Position numbers and translations under genes: made by a program. Source: the human T2T-CHM13v2.0 reference genome, Homo sapiens. Taken from it: DNA of 64,000 nt. This document shows, in pieces, positions 41,000-58,570 of this stretch (position 1 is the first letter of the stretch; each line of letters begins with the position of its first letter). The DNA lies in NCBI RefSeq assembly GCF_009914755.1, contig NC_060927.1. One strand, 5' to 3'. The notes under the pieces were generated by a model. The model saw nothing but the letters and a program-made list of their open reading frames with translations. It was not told where the DNA came from and did not search any database.

Positions 41000-41364
41000 T
41001 GTATTAGGCTGTTCTTGCATGGCTACCAAGAAACACCAGAGGCTGGATAATTTTTAACGAAAAAAGATTTAATTGGCTCATGGTTCTGCAGACTTTACAG
41101 GAATCATGGTGATGGCAACTGCTCGGCTTCTGGGGAGGCCTCAGGAAGGTTTTATTAATGGCAGAAGGCAAAGCGAGGAAGAGGCACATCATATGGTGAA
41201 ATGACCAGATCTTAGGAGAACTCACTCGCTATCACAAAGATAGCACCAAGCCATGAGGGATCCGCCCCCATGTCCCAAACACCTCCCACCAGACCCCACC
41301 TCCAGTATTAGGAATTACAATTAGACATAAAATTTGGGTAAGGACAAATATCTAAACTATATCA
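41000..41364 (-). mobile_element. MSTA/MSTB solo LTR inserted into a MIR (about 40885-41490)
   Basis: tgtattaggctgttcttgc...aaactatatca with TSD ccctc/ccatc. The MIR core is split at ctcagttcc|catctataaaatg. Confidence 0.9.
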
Positions 41365-41509
41365 CCATCTATAAAATGAGAATAGCAATAGTATTTTATG
41401 CATATAGTCACTGAAATAATTAAATAGACCAATGCCTGTAATTTGCTTAGAACACTTCCAGGAACATTGTTAAGAGTGGTTTAATATTTTCTCTCTTTAT
41501 ATTTTTGTG

Positions 41510-42200
41510 GTTGGAGGATGTAATCCTTGAACTGAGGCTTACAGGGTGAGGAAGAGTCAACCTAGTGAAGGACCAGATGTGGCAATGGCAGGTGGCCTCT
41601 GCGGCAGAGCAGATATCATGAGCAACAGCACAGATATGAGAAGCAGCCTCGTGTGGCTTGAGTGTGAAGTACGGGAAGTGAGGTTAGAGAAGTAGGTAGA
41701 GGTCAGGTTGTGAAGGTCCTTGAGTTTTATACTGTGAATTTTAAAGTGATGGAGAACCATTCCCAGGAGTTACAGAGGGTGGTGTTTTAGTTGTTTCCAG
41801 GGTAGAAATGTGGAAAATGGATTTGGGAAAAATAAGACCAGAGACAGGGTGACAAGTTAAGCAGACCTGCAGGAGTCCAGGTGACAGATGGGGAAGAGAT
41901 AGAACAAGGATAGAAAGGATAGCCAAGAAACATTTAGGAGATAAAATAGGCACGTCCTGATTTTAAAGGGAGAGGTTAGGAAGAAGAGAGGGACGATGAG
42001 CCAGGTTTCTGTTTTGGAATTAGGTGAATGGTGACACCACAGAGATAAAGCAGAATGGAGTTTTTACAGATTTAGTGAGTTCAGTTTTGGGCTGTGGAGT
42101 TTGTGACACCTGTGGGGTGTCCCCAGAGGGATGCCTACTGGCAGTTGGACATTATGGATGTGAAGTTTAGTGACTGGTTTTGTCTGAAGCTTGAAACACG
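41510..42200 (-). mobile_element. L2 fragment
   Basis: Purine-rich antisense L2 body (gagttcagttttgg..gagtttgtga..cctgtggg). Confidence 0.7.
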
Positions 42201-43194
42201 TGATCTAGTAGAAACAAAAGCTCTGGGTAAACTGAAAAGAACACTACAAACATAAAGCATTCAGATCAGTGTTATTCGGTTCTTGTAGTCTTCAGCATTA
42301 ATTAGTTTGTTAGAATACAAAGAACTCCAATGAAATTTACCTAAAAAGGAAGAATGTACTCTTCCCCTGGCTCATTAGAAGGATTTCTGAAGAGAAAATT
42401 CTGTGTGCAATGACATGCATTTAAATTCCAGGCTTCCAAAGAAAATTTCAAGACAGGCTATCCTTATTCTTGGTTAATTAGAACATAAGTAGATAAACCA
42501 GCAGAAGAGACCTCCTTTGAGTAGGCTTTGCTGTTTTTTTGGGTTTCTTGGAGGATTACTTATACCTAGGGCTTTGTTATACGAAGATATTTTTATAGAT
42601 TTACTGAACATTAGAGTTAGAGGCAACCTGATCTTACATGTTAGAAAGAAGAAATCCCTCAAGGTTGAATGATTTACTCCAGGTTTCATCTTCAACACAT
42701 GGCAGAGCCAGGCCCTAGCAAAGGTCCACAGGACTAGAGCAATGGGCTTCTTCAGTGTTCTATGCTGATTCTTATTCTGCAGCATTAACAAATATGTCCC
42801 CCACCTCCTAACTCTTTCTTTTTCCTCTTTATCTTGCTAAAGGGAACATAAACATAAGAATAAATATAGCACTATGAGGGTGGCCATGTTGTCTGGGAAA
42901 ACTTTCCTCACCAGGACATAGCCTATTACTCTCAAACTGTCTAATAAGGTTTAGTTGGAAAATTCTGTTGGGATTAAACTGTTTCCATATTTAAAAGATA
43001 AGTATTGCATCTCTATACACAATATTTTTTTTTCTCCAATGTATATTAGTTATACTGGTGGTGAGAGTAGCACAGCAGTTGTAGTAGCAGCAGCCACAGC
43101 AGTGGTAGGAGTAGCTACAGTAGAAAGGCAGGGGTGGAGGTAGTAATGATGATGGTGATGGTGATGATGATATGTATTTAGTGAGTGCTTAGAG

Positions 43195-43728
43195 CAGTGG
43201 TCTCCAACCTTTTTGGCACCAGGAACAGGTTTTGTGGAAGACAATTTTTCCAAGACCTGGGGTAGGTGGGGGATATGGTTTTGGGATGATTCAAGCACAT
43301 TACATTTATTGTGCACTTTATGTCTATTATTATTACATTATAATGTATAATGAATAATTATTAACTCACCATAATGTGGAATCAGTGGGAGGCCTGAGCT
43401 TGCTTTCCTGCAACTAGACAGTCCCATCTGCGGGTGATGGGAGACAGTGACAGATCATCAGGCATTAGATTCTCATACGGATTGCACAATCTAGATCTCA
43501 CACCTATGCAGTTCACAATAGAGTTCTTGCTCCTATGAGAATTTAACACCACCACTGATCTGACAGGAGGTGGAGCTCAGGGCTTAATGCGAGTGACAGG
43601 GAGCTGCTGTAAATACAGATGAAAATTCACTTGCTCACCTGCTGCTTACCTCCCTCCTACTGTGTGGTCCAGTTCCTGATAGGCTGTGGACTGGTACTGG
43701 TCCGTGGTCTGGGGATTGGGAACCCCTG
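43195..43728 (+). mobile_element. MER1A (hAT-Charlie), full length
   Basis: TIRs cagtggtctccaacc / ggattgggaacccctg, 534 bp. 8-bp TSD gcttagag/ccttagag. Confidence 0.93.
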
Positions 43729-45043
43729 CCTTAGAGGCTGTATAGAAGCTTAACGGAAGACTCTGATGCTCAAGTTCAAATTCCTGAGGTTGTATCCCAG
43801 TGTAACTATTTCCTGCTCTATGACCTTGGGCAAATATTAAACTTCTTGAAGTCTCAATTTCCTCATCAATAAAAAGAAGGAAAACAAAAATGCCTACAGC
43901 AAAGGGATATGATGACACTAAAATGAAAAAGAAAAAAGTATATAAGGCTTCTGACAAAACTTGTAACCCTGACTGCGAGAGAGATTTGATTATTTACCTC
44001 CATTTTACATATTAGGAAACAGAGACTCAGGGAGATGAAATAATCTACAAGTCTATTTTATGGCAGAGCTGAAATTCATATCAGGTCTATCTGACTCTTG
44101 AGCTTGTCTCATAACCACCATATACATTTTCTTTGGATAAATTGCTTCAATTTTGAATCCTGAAAATTACTTCTTGAGTCTTGAAAAACAAGCTATTTAG
44201 GTCATTTTTGTGTTTGCCATTCCAGGATAGTTGTCAACATACAGAATGTTGCATTTCTGAATTCTCTGAAATTGTTGCAACAAGATGTTTCTGTTGTAAA
44301 GAGTAGTCCTTTGGATCATGGATGATTAACCTTCCCCATGAACCTGGCAGGTGACAAAAGTGTACCTTTGGTTTTCAAGACTGAGGACCAGACAAAGTAG
44401 AATCACAGAAGACAGAGCCAGGGCCAATAGACACTGTTAGTGGAAAAGTGTCTGAAACTATAACTTTTGCCTATTTCTTTTGTATACAATATTGCACTGA
44501 GACTGGCCAGAGGTGGTGCCTACTTTGTACAGGTGGCATAGTGATTGCCTGACCTTCTGTATAGATATACTATTGGCACCAGGGGTAAAATAAGCTGCCT
44601 TTTGCCTTTCCATTGAAGCCTGTGACCTCTGAGATTCTGACTCTTACTCCTAGGCTAATAGACTATTTGTGACCTTCAATGAGTTTCCTTCCCCTTTGTT
44701 CCTTTTCTATAAGCTGATTCAGAAACCAACTTGTAGTTTGTGATAAGAGTATTGAAAACCTAACTATGATATTACATTCAACCCCACAAAGAAATTTTAC
44801 TTCAGTGGAATTATAATGAATTGCTTTCATTTTACACCATTTTAAACCCCAATGACTTTAACAAGAGGGCTGTTGAAAGTAAATGCCACCTTATTACATA
44901 CTGTGAAGAAGCAGCAATTAAGATGTTGTCTAAGTTAGTCAACTTTCTAACTTAGAATTTCCCAAGTGTCTCAAGTGGGTAGAAAAATGAAGCCAATGTC
45001 AAATGTCAACACTACTGGTGATGGACCAAGAACGACTATCTTT

Positions 45044-45352
45044 TCTTCTTTCCCTTTTTTTTTTTTTTTTTGGACAAGGTTTTGCTCTGTCACCCAGGCT
45101 AGAGTACAGTGGTACAATCTTGGCTCACTGCAGCTTTGACCTTCCAGGCTCAGGCCATCCTCCTTCCTCAGCCTCCCTACTGGCTGGGACTACAGGCACA
45201 TGCCACCATGCCTAGCTAAGTTTTGCATTTTTCGCAGAGATGGGGTTTCACCATGTTTCCCAGGCTGGTCTTGAACTCCTGGGCTCAAGCAATCCTGCTG
45301 CCTCAGTCACTCAAAGTGCTGGGATTACAGGCATTAGCCTCTGTGCCTGGCT
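45044..45352 (-). mobile_element. AluJ (Jb-like)
   Basis: Reverse Alu. TSD gaacgactatcttt (45030-45043) / gatccactatcttt (45353-45366). Confidence 0.92.
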
Positions 45353-45880
45353 GATCCACTATCTTTCATAGGAAAAAGAAATCCATCCCAATCATCTAGG
45401 AAAAATCTCCATCAGCAGAATCAAGTGAGCATCACAGAAATGTGGTTTTTGTTGGGTTGTTCCACTGTTATTTAAGCATTCTTGGTGAAAGTTGAATGGA
45501 AAGGCAAAGACCTGAACCCAGTGTTTTTACTTGTGGTGTAGTGGTCTTTGAAGATGAGAGTCTGATAAAAGAGAATTCTAAAGTAGCCCACACAGAAGTC
45601 AACAAGCCATAAGGGGTTTTTCCATTGTTCCTACTTCTTTTTTTTTTTGAATGTTTGTTTGTTTGTTTGTTTTAAATTATACTTTAAGTTTTAGGGTACA
45701 TGTGCACATTGTGCAGGTTAGTTACATATGTATACATGTGCCATGCTGGTGCGCTGCACCCACTAACTCATCATCTAGCATTAGGTATATCTCCCAATGC
45801 TATCCCTCCCCCCTCCCCCCACCCCCCACCAGTCCCCAGAGTTTGATATTCCCCTTCCTGTGTCCATGCGATCTCATCGT

Positions 45881-49710
<3,830 letters not shown>

Positions 49711-49773
49711 TATGAGGTTAGCTGGTTATTTTGCTCGTTAGTTGATGCAGTTTCTTCCTAGTCTCGATGGTCT

Positions 49774-50789
49774 TTACATTTTGGCATGATTTTGCAATGG
49801 CTGGTACCGGTTGTTCCTGTCCATGTTTAGCGCTTCCTTCAGGAGCTCTTTTAGGGCAGGCCTGGTGGTGACAAAATCTCTCAGCATTTGCTTGTCTGTA
49901 AAGTATTTTATTTCTCCTTTGCTTATGAAGCATAGTTTGGCTGGATATGAAATTCTGGGTTGAAAATTCTTTTCTTTAAGAATGTTGAATATTGGCCCCC
50001 ACTCTCTTCTGGCTTGTAGGGTTTGTGCCGAGAGATCTGCTGTTAGTCTGATGGCTTCCCTTTGAGGGTAACCTGACCTTTCTCTCTGGCTGCCCTTAAC
50101 ATTTTTTCCTTCATTTCAACTTTGGTGAATCTGACAATTATGTGTCTTGGAGTTGGTCTTCTCGAGGAGTACCTTTGTGGTGTTCTCTATATTTCCTGAA
50201 TCTGAACGTTGGCCTACCTTGCTAGATTGGGGAAGTTCTCCTGGATAATATCCTGCAGAGTGTTTTCCAACTTGGTTCCATTCTCCCCATCACTTTCAGG
50301 TACACCAATCAGACGTAGATTTGGTCTTTTCACATAGTCCCATATTTCTTGGAGGCTTTGCTCATTTCTTTTTATTCTTTTTTCTCTAAACTTCCCTTCT
50401 TGCTTCATTTCATTCATTTCATCTTCCATCACTGATACCCTTTCTTCCAGTTGATCGCATCGGCTCCTGGGGCTTCTGCATTCTTCACGTAGTTCTCGAG
50501 CCTTGGTTTTCATCTCCATCAGCTCCTTTAAGCACTTCTTTGTATTGGTTATTGTAGTTATACATTCTTCTAAATTTTTTTCGAAGTTTTCAACTTCTTT
50601 GCCTTTGGTTTGAATGTCCTCCCATAGCTCAGAGTAATTTGATCGTCTGAAGCCTTCTTCTCTCAGCTCGTCAAAGTCATTCTCCATCCAGCTTTGTTCC
50701 GTTGCTGGTGAGGACCTGCGTTCCTTTGGAGGAGGAGAGGCGCTCTGCTTTTTAGAGTTTCCAGTTTTTCTGTTCTGTTTGTTCCCCAT
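49774..50789 (-). pseudogene. L1 ORF1, premature stop after 191 aa plus a 1-bp deletion
   Basis: MGNKQNRKTGNSK...ENFPNLAR* (CAG>TAG). The original stop follows QNHAKM at 49774. The span is 1016 nt versus the canonical 1017. Confidence 0.95.
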
Positions 50790-51696
50790 CTTTGTGGTTT
50801 TATCTACTTTTGGTCTTTGATGATGGTGATGTACAGATGGGTTTTTGGTGTGGATGTCCTTTCTGTTTGTTAGTTTTCCTTCTAACAGACAGGACCCTCA
50901 GCTGCAGGTCTGTTGGAATACCCTGCCGTGTAAGGTGTCAATGTGCCCCTGCTGAGGGGTGCCTCCCAGTTAGGCTGCTCGGGGGTCAGGGGTCAGGGAC
51001 CCACTTGAGGAGGCAGTCTGCCCCTTCTCAGATCTCCAGCTGCGTGCTGGGAGAACCACTGCTCTCGTCAAAGCTGTCAGACAGGGACATTTAAGTCTGC
51101 AGAGGTTACTGCTGTCTTTTTGTTTGTCTTTGCCCTGCCCCTAGAGGTGGAGCCTACAGAGGCAGGCAGGCCTCCTTGAGCTGTGGTGGGCTCCACCCAG
51201 TTCGAGCTTCCTGGCTGCTTTGTTTACCTAATCAAGCCTGGGCAATGGCGGGCGCCCCTCTCCCAGCCTCGCTGCCACCTTGTAGTTTGATCTCAGACTG
51301 CTGTGCTAGCAATCAGTGAGACTCCATGGGCGTAGGACCCTCTGAGCCAGGTGCAGGATATAATCTCGTGGTGCGCTGTTTTTTAAGCCCATTGGAAAAG
51401 CGCAGTACTCGGGTGGGAGTGACCCAATTTTCCAGTTGCCATCCGTCACCCCTTTCTTTGACTTGGAAAGGGAACTCCCTGACCCCTTGCGCTTCCCAAG
51501 TGAGGCAGTGCCTCACCCTGCTTCGGCTCGCGCATGGTGTGCGCACCCACTGAGCTGCGCCCACTGTCTGGCACTCCCTAGTGAGATGAACCCGGTACCT
51601 CAGATGGAAATGCAGAAATCACCATCTTGTGCGTCGCTCACGCTGGGAGCTGTAGACCGGAGCTGTTCCTATTCGGCCATCTTGGCTCCTCCCCCC
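50790..51696 (-). promoter_or_regulatory. L1 5' UTR internal sense promoter and antisense promoter, YY1 site intact
   Basis: CAAGATGGCC at 51675-51684 (minus strand). CpGs are partly decayed. Confidence 0.8.
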
Positions 51697-53871
51697 TGTT
51701 CCTACTTCCTAATTAATTTATTCCTCATTTTTTTCCTGAAGCAATTTATAGAAACCTTAAATATAAGAGGCACATCAACATAGGGTTATAAGTCTGAATT
51801 TTGCTGTCTGATAGACATGAGGTCAGGTCCTAAAATATAACATTTTCTAGCTTTGTGACATCAAACAAATTATTAATCTCTCAAAGTCTTGTTTCCACAA
51901 CTGTAAAATGGACAAATGCATAGTACTTAAATTATTTTGGTTGTTTGAGCACTGAAAGAGTTTAAGTTAGTACCAAAGCAATTGCTATGCTGTTGCTGTT
52001 GATCATGATGATAACGATGATGATGATGAGTTTAGTTTTATATTGTATTATAATACTTTGTTTATGTCTGCCTGTCACACTATATAGTGAGGGCCTTGAA
52101 GGGAGGAATGAATTGTATTTATGTTGTGTCTTTCAGAGACTGACACAGTTTCAGCTACTTTGGAGGCATCTAAAAATGTAAGACTAAATGGAAGGAAGTG
52201 GAGCTTCGGAGCTATCGAGTCCTGGTTGTCATTACTAATTATGCTATTTGACATTGAGAAAGTCATTGCCTTCTTGGTTTATCCACTTCTCCATATACAA
52301 GGAGGAAGTATTCTACCTACCCTTTAGGGATGCTATAAGAATGCATTTAACATTTAATTGCAAATTGTACCTTAATTTGTGAAGGATTAATATTAAATAT
52401 TAATGAAGATCACAGCCTTCCATTTCACTCCTTTCTTTGTAGTTGCAGAGTACTCACCAGCATAATGGAGCCCGAAAGGAAAAATGTGAAGGCTAGGTCT
52501 TATGTCATGCACATATCAAATGAGAGAGAGCTTCTAAAATCAGAGAAGGGCTCTATCCAGAAACAAAATACATTCTGGGCAGTAAGGAAATTAATTGAGG
52601 CTATCATCTGCACCAAACCTTCAGCCCCAACCTATTAACTTCTAAGTAGTTAAATATTTTAGGTGATAATCACTTTTGCCTTTGTTTGAATTATCTGAAT
52701 TTTAATTGCCTGTTTTCTATAGATTTTATGTGAAAAACATTTCAAGTAAAATAATACATTAAAAGGACGAGGGAAGAACACCACAAAGTGATCATTATGT
52801 GTGAACACTGAGATTATAGATGATTTCTTTGTTCTTCCTTATTCCAAACTTGGTTTAATTTAGCTCATTTAGTGGCATGGAACAGAGTCATTCAGACCAG
52901 CACAAGTGCATGGATGTTTATGGTCACTAGGCCTATGGGCTCTCTTGACAACTTGTGAACAGGCATTCTGACACTATTGTGGCTCATGGGAAATGGAGTT
53001 AAATGGGAAGCATCACTGCAGATCTGAGCAGTAGAAGATCTTGTATGCTCTGGCAATTCCCAGCTTCAGCTCCTTTCTTGGTCTTGACTTCTTCTGGCAT
53101 CTTTTCTTGTTTCTGGTCTGTTACCAACTAGCTGACATTCAGCCTTGATATTTTTTTTTTCTCTCCCTCAGCTTCGGATTTTTCATGATCATGCTTCTTC
53201 ATAAGTGCAGTACATTCTCCACATATCTTGTTAGTGTCCCTCCCGACCTGTATATTACCACAGGAACCTCTTTTTTCTTTGCATGCATTCAAATTCAGAC
53301 ATCACTGCAAAGACTCTTCTTTCCATATTTCCCTATTTAAATGTCAGAGAGTGAAAATCTTAATGGCTCAGCTCATTCCTCTGTAAGCAATGCTATTCAT
53401 GCCAGTATACCACATGGGCTCCTGGCTGGCTAATTGGCTGGGTACCCTCAGTTCTGGAGGTGACCAAACACGTGATGTGATGGGTATACTACATGGCGGT
53501 CTAGGGCCATCCCTAAGTAAGGACTATGAGCTGGGAAATTTCCCTGATGGAGGAATATAGGTGTGGCAGGCACCTCTTTAGTGGAGTTGTTATGTTATTT
53601 TTATATGTGTAAAATATATATTTAGCACTGGAAATAGATTATTAGAAGAATTTTGTTCACATCCAGCTTAGAAAAGATAAGAATTTCTCTTTATGTATGT
53701 CTTTGTTGTATCAGTAGCTCTTTTCTGCCACGTTTTTGTGCTGCTGTGCCTTTCTTATATTATACCTTGTGCTTGGAAGATCAGTCCAAAAAATTTCTCT
53801 GCCAGGATGCTTCCAAAATTCGGGTTTCACCTCTAACTCTTAGTCTTGTTTCCTTTAAAAAATTAGTCCCC

Positions 53872-54186
<315 letters not shown>

Positions 54187-54579
54187 AAAAAGTAGCCCCC
54201 ATACTTCAGTGGGAATCGGCTGCCTTCTCTCCTATACTCTTTACTCTTTAGTTCTTTGTACTTTTGTTGCAGCACTTTGAAATATCTGTCCTTATGTTAG
54301 AGTCACTGCTGTATGTACTTTCCTCCCCATTGTAATGTGAACTCCAGGTCATAAAAATTTTATCTCGTTATCCATGCATCAGTAGCACACTATAAACATG
54401 TGTGTTCAAATGAAACACTTTGGGGTTACAATATAGAAATGATAAAATGGACTCACAATAGGATTTCTCACCTACTGTGAGTCAGGGATTTTCTCACTTA
54501 ACCCTTTTTATAATTCCTGAGAGTAAGGCATTGCTATCTTTATTTTATAGATAGTGGATAATAAGTCTAAAGTCAGTAA

Positions 54580-54805
54580 CCATAAAGGGATTCTGTGGTT
54601 AAAGAAATCTGGAGACATTCAATTAAAGAAAGCTAACAGTTTTCTCTCCAACAGGACTTATCAAGGCCTTAATTGTGAAACACTCATTAGAAACCCCTAA
54701 ACATACAGAGTATGCAACATTTCCTAACTTATTTGATTATGATTACATGTTTTGAGGAATAACTTGCAGGGTTAGTGCACAAAGGAGCACATTTTGAGCA
54801 TGCCA
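54580..54805. mobile_element. MER103C-like hAT remnant
   Basis: ttctgtggttaaagaaatctggagac..caggacttatcaaggcctt..gcaacatttcctaacttatttga. Confidence 0.5.
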
Positions 54806-56857
54806 AGGTGAATAATAATGCCTGAATTAGAGTGGGCATTTCAGTGATTCTCCTGGAGGTTAAATGTCACTGTAATATCAAACATGACAGAGTTTCTTGG
54901 TACATTGTCAAATATGGCTCTTGATGGTTATCATCACTCCTGATCTTCATAAGAGACTGAAGATCAACCTGCTGCCTTCCATAGAGCTTTGAAGTGGCTT
55001 TTATTTGTTTTTGATTTTTATCCACTCCAAAGAGTATATCTGCGTATTCCAATAATCCAAGTTCCTGTCACATATTTAGAAATCACTGGAACTACCTAGC
55101 CACTCAGAGAGTAAGGAAAGGATATTCTTTAGCTGAGTGGGTTTTCAATCAACTCCCTCAAAGTATACTCCCTTAGTATTCTTCTGAAGCATTTCCCCAA
55201 ATCTCTTTCCACAGTTCATGTAGTGAATCTGCAACACAGTATCCAGCCATGCCTGAACAGGTGTGCCCAACATGGAAGGTTCTAGCCACAGGTCTGGATC
55301 TTTATTGCAGAAGATGAACACTCAGTAATTTTGGTGTTTTAGAAAATCAACATCTGATGCTTGATGAGCCCACGATTCTCCCCTCTGCCCTGAAGGAATT
55401 GTCTCTGTTTACATGAGGTACAGCCCATTTGTAAATATTAATACTAAAATGGGCAGTTATTAACCAAGCATCTGGAAGTGGAGAATTACCTGATGTTCTG
55501 ATGTGAGTAGTGGTCTATGAGGTAAACCACCTAAGGTCACTTCCTTTCCTTTCTCAAAGTAGACTAGGGTCACAGACACTTCCAGCATATTTTCCAAGTT
55601 ATTGAGGGCATTTGGTCATTGAGCTTATCCAGGAAAGTGTCTAACCAGGGTCAGGTGTCAGTAACTGTGTAGAATACAGGGTATCTTTAGGGCTTCTTGG
55701 AGATGCAAGTGAATATCTGGGCAGTCCTTTACAATTTGCAGAAGTTCTCTTCTTTCTCTTTGTCCTCTGATTTCAGCAGCATGTGTATTTTGTATGTCTC
55801 AATTGTCTGAGTTTTGGAAGCATCTCTGATTGTTGCATGTTAAAACAGCATTCTTACTTTGCATTTTCACTTATTCTTATAAACTTCTTATAGAACTGTA
55901 TAAAAAACATTTTGACTATAATTTTTCCTTCTAATTTTAAAATCCATGTCTGAATTACTGGGATATTTTAAAAGTATCTTTATTCTATAATGAGAATGAG
56001 GGGAAAGGAAGATGAAATACCAAAACTTACCTTTAATGTAGTCTAAATGGTGATAGCAGCTTTTGCCAATAATAATGATTTTGAAATTGTCAGACTTGTG
56101 GCCACACATCCTATTGTGATATAAACCTATTTTCCCAGACAGTGGACTAGTAGAGAGGCATTCTTTATGCTAACAGATAACAAAAGACTTTAGGTAGTGT
56201 TCTCTTAAATCATTTACAAAAAGAATCTTTCCCCTTGATCAGGACCATTGAGGTTAACATAGGATGTTAGAGCATTATTTTCCTTGCAACATCGTTTTTT
56301 CAAAATGAAAAGGGTCTTCAACAAGACACCCTGCAAATCCCAAGACAATAATTACATTCTTGGGACTGGAAATCTTGCATGTTTGCAGACATTTTAGAGT
56401 TTGGCATTTGTGGCTTTTTGCACACTATGAAATATTTATGCATTGTTCAAATAACCCTGCTTAGTTACCATTGGATACCTACTGTTGTACAGGAATTGCA
56501 TTTAGAAAGGAATAGAATCTAATTTATAAAATCTATAAAGCTCTCATACTCAGCTACTTCAGTAGAAATCCTTTTGAGACAATAGTTGAAAATGCTGGGA
56601 AATAGATGTTAATTTGGTTTGGGAAGTTTTTTGTTGGTGGTGGTAGTGAAAGAAGATAATTACTATCAATATTTTCACTCTCAGTTAGAGGACATGAGGT
56701 TGCCAATGAAATTTGACTATCCATACCAGAAATTTAAAAAATAATAATTAATGTTAATACAAGTAATACATTTTATTAACACAAAAATATATAAAAATAG
56801 ATTATTTATAACTACCACCTACAGAAAACATTTTAGAAAATGTCCTCAGGATTTTTG

Positions 56858-57007
56858 TCTTTCTTCCCTCCCTTCCTTCCTCCCTCCCTCCCTCCCTCCT
56901 TCCCTCCCTCCTTCCCTCCCTCCCTCCTTCCGTCCTTCCTTCCTTCCTTCCATTCTTCCTTCTTCCTTCCCTCTCTCCCTCCCACCCTTCTTTCCTTTCT
57001 TCCCTTT
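56858..57007. repeat. (TCCC)n/(TTCC)n homopyrimidine repeat
   Basis: About 150 bp that is almost purely C/T on the plus strand. Confidence 0.95.
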
Positions 57008-58084
57008 GTCCATATATCCATCCATCCTTGTATTTAAAACATAGCATTATATTAAACATTAACTTTTCATAACCAACTTTTTAAATGAAGCAACATACTT
57101 TGAATGTTTTCCATGCCAATAAATATACCTCTACTTCATGAGAATTTTATTTCATTTTGTGAATGTCCCCTGAATTATATATACGATCTCTTACTATTGG
57201 AATTTTTATATTTAAAAAATTTTTTTCTACTATAGGCATTTCTGTATAAACATTATTTACTTATTTATTTATTCATTCAATAAACATTTATTGAGCTGAT
57301 ACTGTGTGCCAGGTTCTGGGACTACAACCATGTTAGACACAGCTCATGTTTTTGTCTTTCGGTACTACTATGATAAATAAATAAAACAAGATCATTTACA
57401 TTTAGTTTGAAGTAACAACATTTATTTTTGCTGAGACAGTCTTTATCATCAGTGACAAGGTTAACACAGCTGGCTATTACTTCCCAAGGCTATTAAAATA
57501 TTTTACATAAATCATACCATAATGTGGACTTGGAAATAATAATATGTACTCACAAAGCATCCATAGCCTATATTAATTTAGCTGAAAAATAATATAGCAA
57601 TCATACTGTCAGACTGCCTCCACAGCCACAGTAAATTGGTGCTATCAGGCTCAGAATTTATCTTTTCATAGATTTTGGTTTTTTTGATCATTTGTGGTTT
57701 TGACACATATAGAGGTTTCCGCTCAGAGCAACCAGGAAGGTGGAAACAGTGTGACATCACGTATAAAGCACTGGCTGAGAGCCAGGGATTTTCAATATGA
57801 AACCAAGTTCAACTAATTATTAGCTACTTGACCTTTGGAGGTCATCAAATATTCCAAAGCTTCAGTTTCCTGCTCTGAAAATGAGAGCACAGTGCTGGAT
57901 AATTTCTTAGTTTCTGTCAGTCTAGCAATTTTGAACCTGTGCGTTTTTCATTGTTTTTACTGGAAGTTAACAGTGAAATGGTCAAGGACCCTGTTATGAA
58001 TATTGATTCCATCTGTCAAAGCCAAGCTGAGAGGTAGGGATGGCAAAACAACAAATACAATGAGAGCTCTGAGCCAAGGAGTGA

Positions 58085-58570
58085 TTTGATATATAAAATT
58101 CTAAAAGATTATCTTCACTATATGTGTTTGAATACACTGTAGAAAGTCAAATGCAGAAGTGGAAAGACCAGCTGGAAGGCTATTACTGTTGACAAGGTGA
58201 GAGATTGCAGCAGTCTCACTGGAGATGGTGAGAAACGGCCACATTCTGGCTCTATGTAATGGTAGAGCTGATCGGACATGCTGGTAACTAGGATGTAGGG
58301 GGAGAGGGAAGGAGATGTTCAATATAACTCTACGGTTTTTGGCCCAATCAACTGGTTATATGGTGGCTGCCATTCACTGAGTGGAGTGTCCTGAGGTTTT
58401 CATGAGGATGAGTGGGGGAGGAGAGTCAATATTTTGGTTTTGCACGTGCTATGCTTGAGGCACCTATTAGACATACAACTGGAAATGTTTGAATATGAAG
58501 CTGGATATGTGAGCCTGAAACTCAAGAGAAAGTTCAGGGCTAGCAATTTAAATTTGGGAGTTCTCAGTAT
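58085..58570 (-). mobile_element. L2 fragment
   Basis: ggaaggctatt...ttttggttttgcacgtgctatgcttgaggcacctattagacat. Confidence 0.75.

Noticed and set aside
42955-43316. ORFs with poly-His and Ala/Val/Thr runs
   Set aside because: Produced by degenerate trinucleotide low-complexity sequence and MER1A.
52850-53580. Possible very old LTR remnant
   Set aside because: I could not assign a family or termini by eye.
56751-57059. Overlapping P/S-rich and G/R/E-rich ORFs
   Set aside because: Artefact of a stop-free simple repeat.
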